Shown: positions 53,678-64,000 of the stretch, piece after piece
Layout: every line of letters begins with the position of its first letter
Numbering within the stretch: the stretch's first letter is position 1
Notes under the pieces: model-generated
Database searches by the model: none
Told to the model about the DNA's origin: nothing
Seen by the model: the letters and a program-made list of their open reading frames with translations, nothing else
Made by a program: the position numbers and the translations under genes
NCBI GenBank assembly: GCA_009914755.4
Contig: CP068257.2
Span: 832,001 to 896,000, forward strand
From: the human T2T-CHM13v2.0 reference genome, Homo sapiens
Reading direction: 5' to 3'
Length of the DNA stretch: 64,000 nucleotides

Positions 53678-55652
53678 TGCACGGCACTGTGACATATCAC
53701 TGCACTGATCACCCAGATGATATAAATCTTGTCTAGGCTCTGCCTACAATGGCCTTGTGACATATCTCTGCACTGATCACCCAGGTGATATAACTCTTCT
53801 CTAGGATCTGACCACAGGGTGCTTTGTGGCATTTCCCTGCAATAATCACCCAGGTGATATACCACTTGCCAACGCTCTGCCTACAGGGGCATTGCAATGT
53901 ATCTCTGCACTGATCACCTAGGTCTTGTAACTCTTCTCTTCGATCTTCCCTCAGGGTGCTTTTTGACGTATCCCAGCAAGGATTACCCAGGTGATGTACC
54001 TCTCATCAAGGCTCTGCCTACAGGCACATTGCGATATATCTCTGCACTGATAACCTAGGTCATGTAACTTTTGTCTAGGCTCTGCCTACGATGGCATTGT
54101 GACATATCTCTGCACTAATCATCCAAGTGATGTAACCCTTGTCTAGGATCTGCCTAAATTAACTTTGTGACATAACCCTGTACTGATCATCCAGGTGATG
54201 GGGCTTTTGTCTAGGCTCTGCCTAAGGGGGCATTGTGACATATTTCTGCATTGATCACCCAGGTGGCGAACTCTTCTCTTGGATCTGCCTATGGGGGCAT
54301 TGTGACAAATCTCTGCACTCATCACCCAGGTGATGTAACTGTTGTGTAACCTCTGCCTACAGGGGAATTGTGAGAGATCTCGCCACTGATCACCCAAGTG
54401 ATGTAACCATTGTCTAGGCTTTGCGTACAGGGGGCTTTGTGGCATACCTTTGCACTGATCACCCAGGTGATGTAACACATCTATGTTCGGCCTAAAGGAG
54501 CTTTGTGACATATCTCTGCACTGATCACTTAGGTGATGTAACACTTTTATAAGCACTGCCTACAGGGAATTTTGACAAATCTCTGCACTGATCACCTAGG
54601 TGATGTAACGTTTGTCTACCCTCTGTCCAACGGGGCATTGTGAAATATCTCTGCACTGATCACCCAGGTGATTCAACTCTTGACTAGGATCTGCCTACAG
54701 AGGTTATTGTGAAATATCTCTGCACTGATAAACTAGGTGGTGTGACCCTTATCCAAGCTCTGCCTACAGGGGCGTTTTCACATATCCCTGATGTGATGAC
54801 AAAGGTGATGTAACTCTTGCTTAGGCTTTTCCTACAAGGGGACATTGGACATATATCTGCACTGATCACCCAGGTCATGCAACTCTTGCCTAAGCTTTGC
54901 CTACAGGGGACATTGTGACATATCGCTTCAATGATCACCCATGTGATGCAACTCTTGCCTAGGCTTTGCCTACAGGGGACATTGTGACATATCTCTGCAC
55001 TGATCTCCCAGGTGCTGTAACTTTAGTCTAGACTCTGGCTACACGGTATTGTGACATATCACTGCACTGATCAACCAGGTGATATAACTCTTGTCTAGGC
55101 TCTGCCTACAGGGGGCTTGTGACATATCTCTGCACTGATCACCCAGGTGATATAACTCTTCTCTAGGATCTGCCTACAGGGTGCTTTGTGACATATCCCT
55201 GCAATGATCACCCAGGTGATCTAACTCTGGTTTAATCTCTGCCTAAAGGGGCATTGTGACAGATCTCTGCACTGATCACTCAGGTGATGAAACTATTGTC
55301 TAGGCTCTGCTTAAAGGGGCCTTTTCACATATCTCTGCAATGATCACCCAGGTGATGTAACTCTTGTCTAGCCTCTGCTTCCACGGCATATTGTGACATA
55401 TCTATGCACTGATCACCTTAGTGATGTAACACTTGTGTAGGCTCGGCCTACAGGGGAATATTGACATATCTCTGCACTGTTAACCGAGGTGATTTAATTC
55501 TTGTCTAGGCTGTGCCCACAGGGGGATTGAGACATATCTCTGCACTGATCCCGAGGTGATCCAACTGTTGCCTGGTCTCTGCCTACTGGGGACATTGTGA
55601 CATATCTCTGCACTGATCTCCCAGGTGCTGTAACTTTAGTCTAGGTTCTGGC
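53678..55652. repeat. HOR unit 28 (B, subtype B1), 1975 bp
   Basis: tgcacgg at 53678; 84-aa ORF at 54684; acgtttgtctacc at about 54608. Confidence 0.88.
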
Positions 55653-57625
55653 TACACGGCATTGCGACATATCACTGCACTGATCACCCAGGTGATATAA
55701 ATCTTGTCTAGGCTCTGCCTAAAATGGCCTTGTGACATATCTCTGCACTGATCACCCAGGTGATGTAACTCTTCTCTAGGTTCTGACCACAGGGTGCTTT
55801 GTGGCATTGCCCTGCAATGATCACCCAGGTGATATACCATTTGCCAACGCTCTGCCTACAGGGGCATTGCAATGTATCTCTGCACTGATCACCTAGGTCT
55901 TGTAACTTTTTTCTTCGATCTGCCCTCAGGGTGCTTTTTGACGTATCCCAGCAAGGATTACCCAGGTGATGTACGTCTCATCATTCTCTGCCTACAGGCA
56001 CATTGCGATGTATCTCTGCACTGATCACCTAGGTCATGTAACTTTTGTCTAGGCTCTGCCTACGATGACATTGTGACATATCTCTGCACTAATCATCCAA
56101 GTGATGTAACCCTTGTCTAGGATCTCCCTAAATTAACTTTGTGACATAACCCTGTACTGATCATCCAGGTGATGGGGCTTTTGTCTAGGCTCTGCCTAAG
56201 GGGGCATTGTGACATATTTCTGCATTGATCACCCAGGTGGCGAACTCTTCTCTTGGATCTGCCTATGGGGGCATTGTGACAAATCTCTGCACTGATCACC
56301 CAGGTGATGTAACTGTTGTGTAACCTCTGCCTACAGGGGAATTGTGAGAGATCTCGCCACTGATCACCCAAGTGATGTAACCATTGTCTAGGCTTTGCGT
56401 ACAGGGGGCTTTGTGACATACTTTTGCACTGATCACCCAGGTGATGTAACACATCTAAGTTCGGCCTAAAGGAGCTTTGTGACATATCTCTGCACTGATC
56501 ACTTAGGTGATGTAACACTTTTATAAGCACTGCCTACAGGGAATTTTGACAAATCTCTGCACTGATCACCTAGGTGATGTAACGCTTGTCTACCCTCTGT
56601 CCAACGGCGCATTGTGAAATATCTCTGCACTGATCACCCAGGTGATTCAACTCTTGACTAGGATCTGCCTACAGAGGTTATTGTGAAATATCTCTGCACT
56701 GATAAACTAGGTGGTGTAACCCTTATCCAAGCTCTGCCTACAGGGGCGTTTTCACATATCCCTGAAGTGATGACAAAGGTGATGTAACTCTTGCCTAGGC
56801 TTTGCCTACAGGGGACTTTGGACATATATCTGCACTGATCACCCAGGTGATGCAACTCTTGCCTAGGCTTTGCCTACAGGGGACATTGTGACATATCGCT
56901 TCAATGATCACCCATGTGATGCAACTCTTGCCTAGGCTTTGCCTACAGGGGACATTGTGACATATCTCTGCACTGATCTCCCAGGTGCTGTAACTTTAGT
57001 CTAGACTCTGGCTACACGGCATTGTGACATATCACTGCACTGATCAACCAGGTGATATAACTCTTGTCTAGGCTCTGCCTACAGGGGGCTTGTGACATAT
57101 CTCTGCACTGATCACCCAGGTGATATAACTCTTCTCTAGGATCTGCCTACCGGGTGCTTTGTGACATATCCCTGCAATGATCACCCAGGTGATCTAACTC
57201 TGGTTTAAGCTCTGCCTAAAGGGGCATTGTGACAGATCTCTGCACTGATCACTCAGGTGATGAAACTATTGTCTAGGCTCTGCTTAAAGGGGCCTTGTCA
57301 CATATCTCTGCAATGATCACCCAGGTGAAGTAACTCTTGTCTAGCCTCTGCTTTCGCGGCATATTGTGACATATCTATGCACTGATCACCTTAGTGATGT
57401 AACACTTGTGTAGGCTCGGCCTACAGGGGAATATTGACCTATCTCTGCACTGTTAACCGAGGTGATTTAACTCTTGTCTAGGCTGTGCCCACAGGGGGAT
57501 TGAGACATATCTCTGCACTGATCCCGAGGTGATCCAACTGTTGCCTGGTCTCTGCCTACTGGTGACATTGTGACATATCTCTGCACTGATCTCCCAGGTG
57601 ATGTAACTTTAGTCTAGGCTCTGGC
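55653..57625. repeat. HOR unit 29 (B, subtype B2), 1973 bp
   Basis: 65-aa ORF at 56658; acgcttgtctacc; caacggcgcattg. Confidence 0.88.
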
Positions 57626-59600
57626 TACACGGCATTGTGACATATCACTGCACTGATCACCCAGGTGATACAAATCTTGTCTAGGCTCTGCCTACAATGA
57701 CTTTGTGACATATCTCTGCACTGATGACCCAGGTGATATAACTCTTCTCTAGGATCTGACCACAGGGTGCTTTGTGGCATTTCCCTGCAATGATCACCCA
57801 GGTGATATACCACTTGCCAACGCTCTGCCTACAGGGGCATTGCAATGTATCTCTGCACTGATCACCTAGGTCTTGTAACTCTTTTCTTCGATCTGCCCTC
57901 AGGGTGCTTTTTGACGTATCCCAGCAAGGATTACCCAGGTGATGTACCTCTCATCAAGGCTCTGCCTACAGGCACATTGCGATGTATCTCTGCACTGATC
58001 ACCTAGGTCATGTAACTTTTGTCTAGGCTCTGCCTACGATGGCATTGTGACATATCTCTGCACTAATCATCCAAGTGATGTAACCCTTGTCTAGGATCTG
58101 CCTAAATTAACTTTGTGACATAACCCTGTACTGATCATCCAGGTGATGGGGCTTTTGTCTAGGCTCTGCCTGAGGGGGCATTGTGACATATTTCTGCATT
58201 GATCACCCAGGTGGCGAACTCTTCTCTTGGATCTGCCTATGGGGGCATTGTGACAAATCTCTGCACTGATCACCCAGGTGATGTAACTGTTGTGTAACCT
58301 CTGCCTACAGGGGAATTGTGAGAGATCTCGCCACTGATCACCCAAGTGATGTAACCATTGTCTAGGCTTTGCGTACAGGGGGCTTTGTGGCATACCTTTG
58401 CACTGATCACCCAGGTGATGTAACACATCTATGTTCGGCCTAAAGGAGCTTTGTGACATATCTCTGCACTGATCACTTAGGTGATGTAACACTTTTATAA
58501 GCACTGCCTACAGGGAATTTTGACAAATCTCTGCACTGATCACCTAGGAGATGTAACGTTTGTCTACCCTCTGTCCAACGGGGCATTGTGAAATATCTCT
58601 GCACTGATCACCCAGGTGATTCAACTCTTGACTAGGATCTGCCTACAGAGGTTATTGTGAAATATCTCTGCACTGATAAACTAGGTGGTGTAACCCTTAT
58701 CCAAGCTCTGCCTACAGGGGCGTTTTCACATATCCCTGATGTGATGACAAAGGTGATGTAACTCTTGCTTAGGCTTTTCCTACAAGGGGACATTGGACAT
58801 ATATCTGCACTGATCACCCAGGTGATGCAACTCTTGCCTAAGCTTTGCCTACAGGGGACATTGTGACATATCGCTTCAATGATCACCCATGTGATGCAAC
58901 TCTTTCCTAGGCTTTGCCTACAGGGGACATTGTGACATATCTCTGCACTGATCTCCCAGGTGCTGTAACTTTAGTCTAGACTCTGGCTACACGGTATTGT
59001 GACATATCACTGCACTGATCAACCAGGTGATATAACTCTTGTCTAGGCTCTGCCTACAGGGGGCTTGTGACATATCTCTGCACTGATCACCCAGGTGATA
59101 TAACTCTTCTCTAGGATCTGCCTACAGGGTGCTTTGTGACATATCCCTGCAATGATCACCCAGGTGATCTAACTCTGGTTTAATCTCTGCCTAAAGGGGC
59201 ATTGTGACAGATCTCTACACTGATCACTCAGGTGATGAAACTATTGTCTAGGCTCTGCTTAAAGGGGCCTTTTCACATATCTCTGCAATGATCACCCAGG
59301 TGATGTAACTCTTGTCTAGCCTCTGCTTCCACGGCATATTGTGACATATCTATGCACTGATCACCTTAGTGATGTAACACTTGTGTAGGCTCGGCCTTCA
59401 GGGGAATATTGACATATCTCTGCACTGTTAACCGAGGTGATTTAATTCTTGTCTAGGCTGTGCCCACAGGGGGATTGAGACATATCTCTGCACTGATCCC
59501 GAGGTGATCCAACTGTTGCCTGGTCTCTGCCTACTGGGGACATTGTGACATATCTCTGCACTGATCTCCCAGGTGCTGTAACTTTAGTCTAGGCTCTGGC
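57626..59600. repeat. HOR unit 30 (B, subtype B1), 1975 bp
   Basis: peptides at 58091 and 58632 match those at 54143 and 54684. Confidence 0.88.
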
Positions 59601-61574
59601 TACACGGCATTGCGACATATCACTGCACTGATCACCCAGGTGATATAAATCTTGTCTAGGCTCTGCCTAAAATGGCCTTGTGACATATCTCTGCACTGAT
59701 CACCCAGGTGATGTAACTCTTCTCTAGGATCTGACCACAGGGTGCTTTGTGGCATTGCCCTGCAATGATCACCCAGGTGATATACCATTTGCCAACGCTC
59801 TGCCTACAGGGGCATTGCAATGTATCTCTGCACTGATCACCTAGGTCTTGTAACTTTTTTCTTCGATCTGCCCTCAGGGTGCTTTTTGACGTATCCCAGC
59901 AAGGATTACCCAGGTGATGTACGTCTCATCAAGGCTCTGCCTACAGGCACATTGCGATGTATCTCTGCACTGATCACCTAGGTCATGTAACTTTTGTCTA
60001 GGCTCTGCCTACGATGACATTGTGACATATCTCTGCACTAATCATCCAAGTGATGTAACCCTTGTCTAGGATCTCCCTAAATTAACTTTGTGACATAACC
60101 CTGTACTGATCATCCAGGTGATGGGGCTTTTGTCTAGGCTCTGCCTAAGGGGGCATTGTGACATATTTCTGCATTGATCACCCAGGTGGCGAACTCTTCT
60201 CTTGGATCTGCCTATGGGGGCATTGTGACAAATCTCTGCACTGATCACCCAGGTGATGTAACTGTTGTGTAACCTCTGCCTACAGGGGAATTGTGAGAGA
60301 TCTCGCCACTGATCACCCAAGTGATGTAACCATTGTCTAGGCTTTGCGTACAGGGGGCTTTGTGACATACCTTTGCACTGATCACCCAGGTGATGTAACA
60401 CATCTAAGTTCGGCCTAAAGGAGCTTTGTGACATATCTCTGCACTGATCACTTAGGTGATGTAACACTTTTATAAGCACTGCCTACAGGGAATTTTGACA
60501 AATCTCTGCACTGATCACCTAGGTGATGTAACGCTTGTCTACCCTCTGTCCAACGGCGCATTGTGAAATATCTCTGCACTGATCACCCAGGTGATTCAAC
60601 TCTTGACTAGGATCTGCCTACAGAGGTTATTGTGAAATATCTCTGCACTGATAAACTAGGTGGTGTAACCCTTATCCAAGCTCTGCCTACAGGGGCGTTT
60701 TCACATATCCCTGAAGTGATGACAAAGGTGATGTAACTCTTGCCTAGGCTTTGCCTACAGGGGACTTTGGACATATATCTGCACTGATCACCCAGGTGAT
60801 GCAACTCTTGCCTAGGCTTTGCCTACAGGGGACATTGTGACATATCGCTTCAATGATCACCCATGTGATGCAACTCTTGCCTAGGCTTTGCCTACAGGGG
60901 ACATTGTGACATATCTCTGCACTGATCTCCCAGGTGCTGTAACTTTAGTCTAGACTCTGGCTACACGGCATTGTGACATATCACTGCACTGATCAACCAG
61001 GTGATATAACTCTTGTCTAGGCTCTGCCTACAGGGGGCTTGTGACATATCTCTGCACTGATCACCCAGGTGATATAACTCTTCTCTAGGATCTGCCTACC
61101 GGGTGCTTTGTGACATATACCTGCAATGATCACCCAGGTGATCTAACTCTGGTTTAAGCTCTGCCTAAAGGGGCATTGTGACAGATCTCTGCACTGATCA
61201 CTCAGGTGATGAAACTATTGTCTAGGCTCTGCTTAAAGGGGCCTTGTCACATATCTCTGCAATGATCACCCAGGTGAAGTAACTCTTGTCTAGCCTCTGC
61301 TTTCGCGGCATATTGTGACATATCTATGCACTGATCACCTTAGTGATGTAACACTTGTGTAGGCTCGGCCTACAGGGGAATATTGACATATCTCTGCACT
61401 GTTAACCGAGGTGATTTAACTCTTGTCTAGGCTGTGCCCACAGGGGGATTGAGACATATCTCTGCACTGATCCCGAGGTGATCCAACTGTTGCCTGGTCT
61501 CTGCCTACTGGTGACATTGTGACATATCTCTGCACTGATCTCCCAGGTGATGTAACTTTAGTCTAGGCTCTGGC
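59601..61574. repeat. HOR unit 31 (B, subtype B2), 1974 bp
   Basis: peptides at 59600, 60066 and 60607 match those at 55652, 56117 and 56658. Confidence 0.88.
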
Positions 61575-63548
61575 TACACGGCATTGTGACATATCACTGC
61601 ACTGATCACCCAGGTGATATAAATCTTGTCTAGGCTCTGCCTGCAATGACTTTGTGACATATCTCTGCACTGATGACCCAGGTGATATAACTCTTCTCTA
61701 GGATCTGACCACAGGGTGCTTTGTGGCATTTCCCTGCAATGATCACCCAGGTGATATACCACTTGCCAACGCTCTGCCTACAGGGGCATTGCAATGTATC
61801 TCTGCACTGATCACCTAGGTCTTGTAACTCTTTTCTTCGATCTTCCCTCAGGGTGCTTTTTGACGTATCCCAGCAAGGATTACCCAGGTGATGTACCTCT
61901 CATCAAGGCTCTGCCTACAGGCACATTGCGATGTATCTCTGCACTGATCACCTAGGTCATGTAACTTTTGTCTAGGCTCTGCCTACGATGGCATTGTGAC
62001 ATATCTCTGCACTAATCATCCAAGTGATGTAACACTTGTCTAGGATCTGCCTAAATTAACTTTGTGACATAACCCTGTACTGATCATCCAGGTGATGGGG
62101 CTTTTGTCTAGGCTCTGCCTAAGGGGGCATTGTGACATATTTCTGCATTGATCACCCAGGTGGCGAACTCTTCTCTTGGATCTGCCTATGGGGGCATTGT
62201 GACAAATCTCTGCACTGATCACCCAGGTGATGTAACTGTTGTGTAACCTCTGCCTACAGGGGAATTGTGAGAGATCTCGCCACTGATCACCCAAGTGATG
62301 TAACCATTGTCTAGGCTTTGCGTACAGGGGGCTTTGTGGCATACCTTTGCACTGATCACCCAGGTGATGTAACACATCTAAGTTCGGCCTAATGGAGCTT
62401 TGTGACATATCTCTGCACTGATCACTTAGGTGATGTAACACTTTTATAAGCACTGCCTACAGGGAATTTTGACAAATCTCTGCACTGATCACCTAGGTGA
62501 TGTAACGTTTGTCTACCCTCTGTCCAACGGGGCATTGTGAAATATCTCTGCACTGATCACCCAGGTGATTCAACTCTTGACTAGGATCTGCCTACAGAGG
62601 TTATTGTGAAATATCTCTGCACTGATAAACTAGGTGGTGTAACCCTTATCCAAGCTCTGCCTACAGGGGCGTTTTCACATATCCCTGAAGTGATGACAAA
62701 GGTGATGTAACTCTTGCCTAGGCTTTGCCTACAGGGGACAGTGGACATATATCTGCACTGATCACCCAGGTGATGCAACTCTAGCCTAGGCTTTGCCTAC
62801 AGGGGACATTGTGACATATCGCTTCAATGATCACCCGTGTGATGCAACTCTTGCCTAGGCTTTGCCTACAGGGGACATTGTGACATATCTCTGCACTGAT
62901 CTCCCAGGTGCTGTAACTTTAGTCTAGACACTGGCTACACGGCATTGTGACATATCACTGCACTGATCAACCAGGTGATATAACTCTTGTCTAGGCTCTG
63001 CCTACAGGGGGCTTGTGACATATCTCTGCACTGATCACCCAGGTGATATAACTCTTCTCTAGGATCTGCCTACAGGGTGCTTTGTGACATATCCCTGCAA
63101 TGATCACCCAGGTGATCTAACTCTGGTTTAAGCTCTGCCTAAAGGGGCATTGTGACAGATCTCTGCACTGATCACTCAGGTGATGTAACTATTGTCTAGG
63201 CTCTGCTTAAAGGGGCCTTGTCACATATCTCTGCAATGATCACCCAGGTGATGTAACTCTTGTCTAGCCTCTGCTTTCACGGCATATTGTGACATATCTA
63301 TGCACTGATCACCTTAGTGATGTAACACTTGTGTAGGCTCGGCCTACAGGGGAATATTGACATATCTCTGCACTGTTAACCGAGGTGATTTAACTCTTGT
63401 CTAGGCTGTGCCCACAGGGGGATTGAGACATACCTCTGCACTGATCCCGAGGTGATCCAACTGTTGCCTGGTCTCTGCCTACTGGGGACATTGTGACATA
63501 TCTCTGCACTGATCTCCCAGGTGCTGTAACTTTAGTCTAGGCTCTGGC
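61575..63548. repeat. HOR unit 32 (B, mosaic of B1 and B2 characters), 1974 bp
   Basis: carries acgtttgtctacc (B1-like) but the 65-aa ORF at 62581 (B2-like). Confidence 0.85.
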
Positions 63549-64000
63549 TACACGGCATTGCGACATATCACTGCACTGATCACCCAGGTGATATAAATCT
63601 TGTCTAGGCTCTGCCTAAAATGGCCTTGTGACATATCTCTGCACTGATCACCCAGGTGATGTAACTCTTCTCTAGGATATGACCACAGGGTGCTTTGTGG
63701 CATTGCCCTGCAATGATCACCCAGGTGGTATACCATTTGCCAACGCTCTGCCTACAGGGGCATTGCAATGTATCTCTGCACTGATCACCTAGGTCTTGTA
63801 ACTTTTTTCTTCGATCTGCCCTCAGGGTGCTTTTTGACGTATCCCAGCAAGGATTACCCAGGTGATGTACGTCTCATCAAGGCTCTGCCTACAGGCACAT
63901 TGCGATGTATCTCTGCACTGATCACCTAGGTCATGTAACTTTTGTCTAGGCTCTGCCTACGATGACATTGTGACATATCTCTGCACTAATCATCCAAGTG
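63549..64000. repeat. HOR unit 33 (B), partial, first 452 bp only; array continues beyond window
   Basis: tacacgg at 63549; sequence mirrors 55653-56104 and 59601-60052. Confidence 0.85.

Larger units (their letters stand above)
1..64000. repeat. Tandem satellite array, 67-69 bp monomer organised in a 1973-bp 29-monomer HOR, 32 complete copies plus a 452-bp partial copy; no interruption by non-satellite sequence
   Basis: Identical or near-identical ORF-track peptides recur at 1973-bp spacing across the whole window. Direct reading shows the core ctgcactgatcacccaggtgat recurring every 67-69 bp (e.g. 24, 93, 161, 228). Position 1 aligns with 1974, 3947, 5920 and so on. Confidence 0.97.
52691..64000. 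repeat. HOR family B, 5 complete units plus partial flanks; same 29-monomer order but distinct diagnostic variants
   Basis: Consistent substitutions relative to A in every unit: gtctagactctgg (XbaI site), cccttatccaagc, gcgttttcacat, ccctgaagtgatgac, cgcttcaatgatcacccatgtgatgcaactc, ttcttcgatctgccctcagggtgctttttgacg, gccaacgctctgcc, cctctgctttc(a/g)cgg. ORF-track peptides change in step (MLIKVLHHLSDQCRDMSQ..., MVYHLGDHCR[A/E]MPQSTLW...). Confidence 0.9.

Noticed and set aside
466-63736. About 95 minus-strand ORFs of 60-145 aa in the supplied track (e.g. 466..879, 1973..2161)
   Set aside because: - They recur with the 1973-bp HOR period and exist only on one strand.
- Their peptides are themselves 23-residue tandem repeats (…HLGDQCRDMSQ…), because a 69-bp monomer equals 23 codons and one minus-strand frame of the consensus lacks stops.
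- They end wherever a 67- or 68-bp monomer shifts the frame.
- There are no start-context, domain or codon-usage signals.
- I do not accept them as genes.
1-64000. CRISPR-like appearance: a conserved, partially palindromic core of about 27 bp alternating with a more variable segment of about 41 bp at 68-bp period
   Set aside because: - The so-called spacers are homologous to one another (same consensus) and recur identically every 1973 bp.
- The array is more than 64 kb, CpG-depleted and eukaryote-like.
- No leader or cas-like coding sequence is present.
- It is therefore a satellite, not a CRISPR array.
1-64000. Possibility of a transposable-element insertion, rDNA, tRNA, telomeric repeat or unique-sequence island inside the array
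   Set aside because: - Every HOR copy is accounted for at 1973 bp except for the indels explained above.
- Summed unit lengths equal the window length.
- No stretch deviates from the monomer consensus.
1-64000. Attempt to assign the satellite to a named family or species
   Set aside because: I do not recognise the 68-bp consensus and will not guess; only a database search can answer this.

Overview
The whole 64-kb window is one uninterrupted tandem satellite array with no credible protein-coding, tRNA, rRNA, CRISPR or transposon feature.

- **Monomer.** The basic monomer is 67-69 bp, with consensus roughly GTAACTCTTGTCTAGGCTCTGCCTACAGGGGCATTGTGACATATCTCTGCACTGATCACCCAGGTGAT.
- **Higher-order repeat (HOR).** 29 diverged monomers form a 1973-bp HOR. 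It is repeated head-to-tail 32 times plus one partial copy.
- **Conserved core.** Almost every monomer carries a dyad-symmetric core, TGATCA-CC-CAGG-TGAT (arms ATCACC/GGTGAT). It includes an E-box CAGGTG and a BclI site, and some monomers have the perfect 14-bp palindrome ATCACCTAGGTGAT. The roughly 40-bp arm between cores is much more variable.
- **Two HOR families.**
  - Family A covers about 1-52,690, roughly 26.7 units. Family B runs from about 52,690 to the end and has 5 complete units.
  - The A/B switch falls exactly at an unequal-crossover junction inside the conserved core, with a three-monomer register shift.
- **Unequal-exchange scars.**
  - A one-monomer deletion is shared by two adjacent units, and the same monomer pair is deleted independently in a third unit.
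  - A six-monomer duplication inside family A has a left edge that carries B-type diagnostic variants.
  - Three units carry single-base deletions.
  - Family A shows a 4+3-unit super-HOR pattern twice, and family B shows a two-unit super-HOR.
- **Organism inference.** The array is strongly CpG-depleted: the consensus monomer has no CpG, and I count about 16 CpG by eye in one 1973-bp unit. With HOR structure and homogenisation, this points to a centromeric or pericentromeric satellite of a eukaryotic genome with germline DNA methylation, probably a vertebrate. I cannot name the species or satellite family from memory.
- **ORF track.** All ORFs in the track lie on the minus strand. They arise because a 69-bp monomer equals 23 codons and one minus-strand frame of the consensus lacks stop codons. 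I do not regard them as genes.
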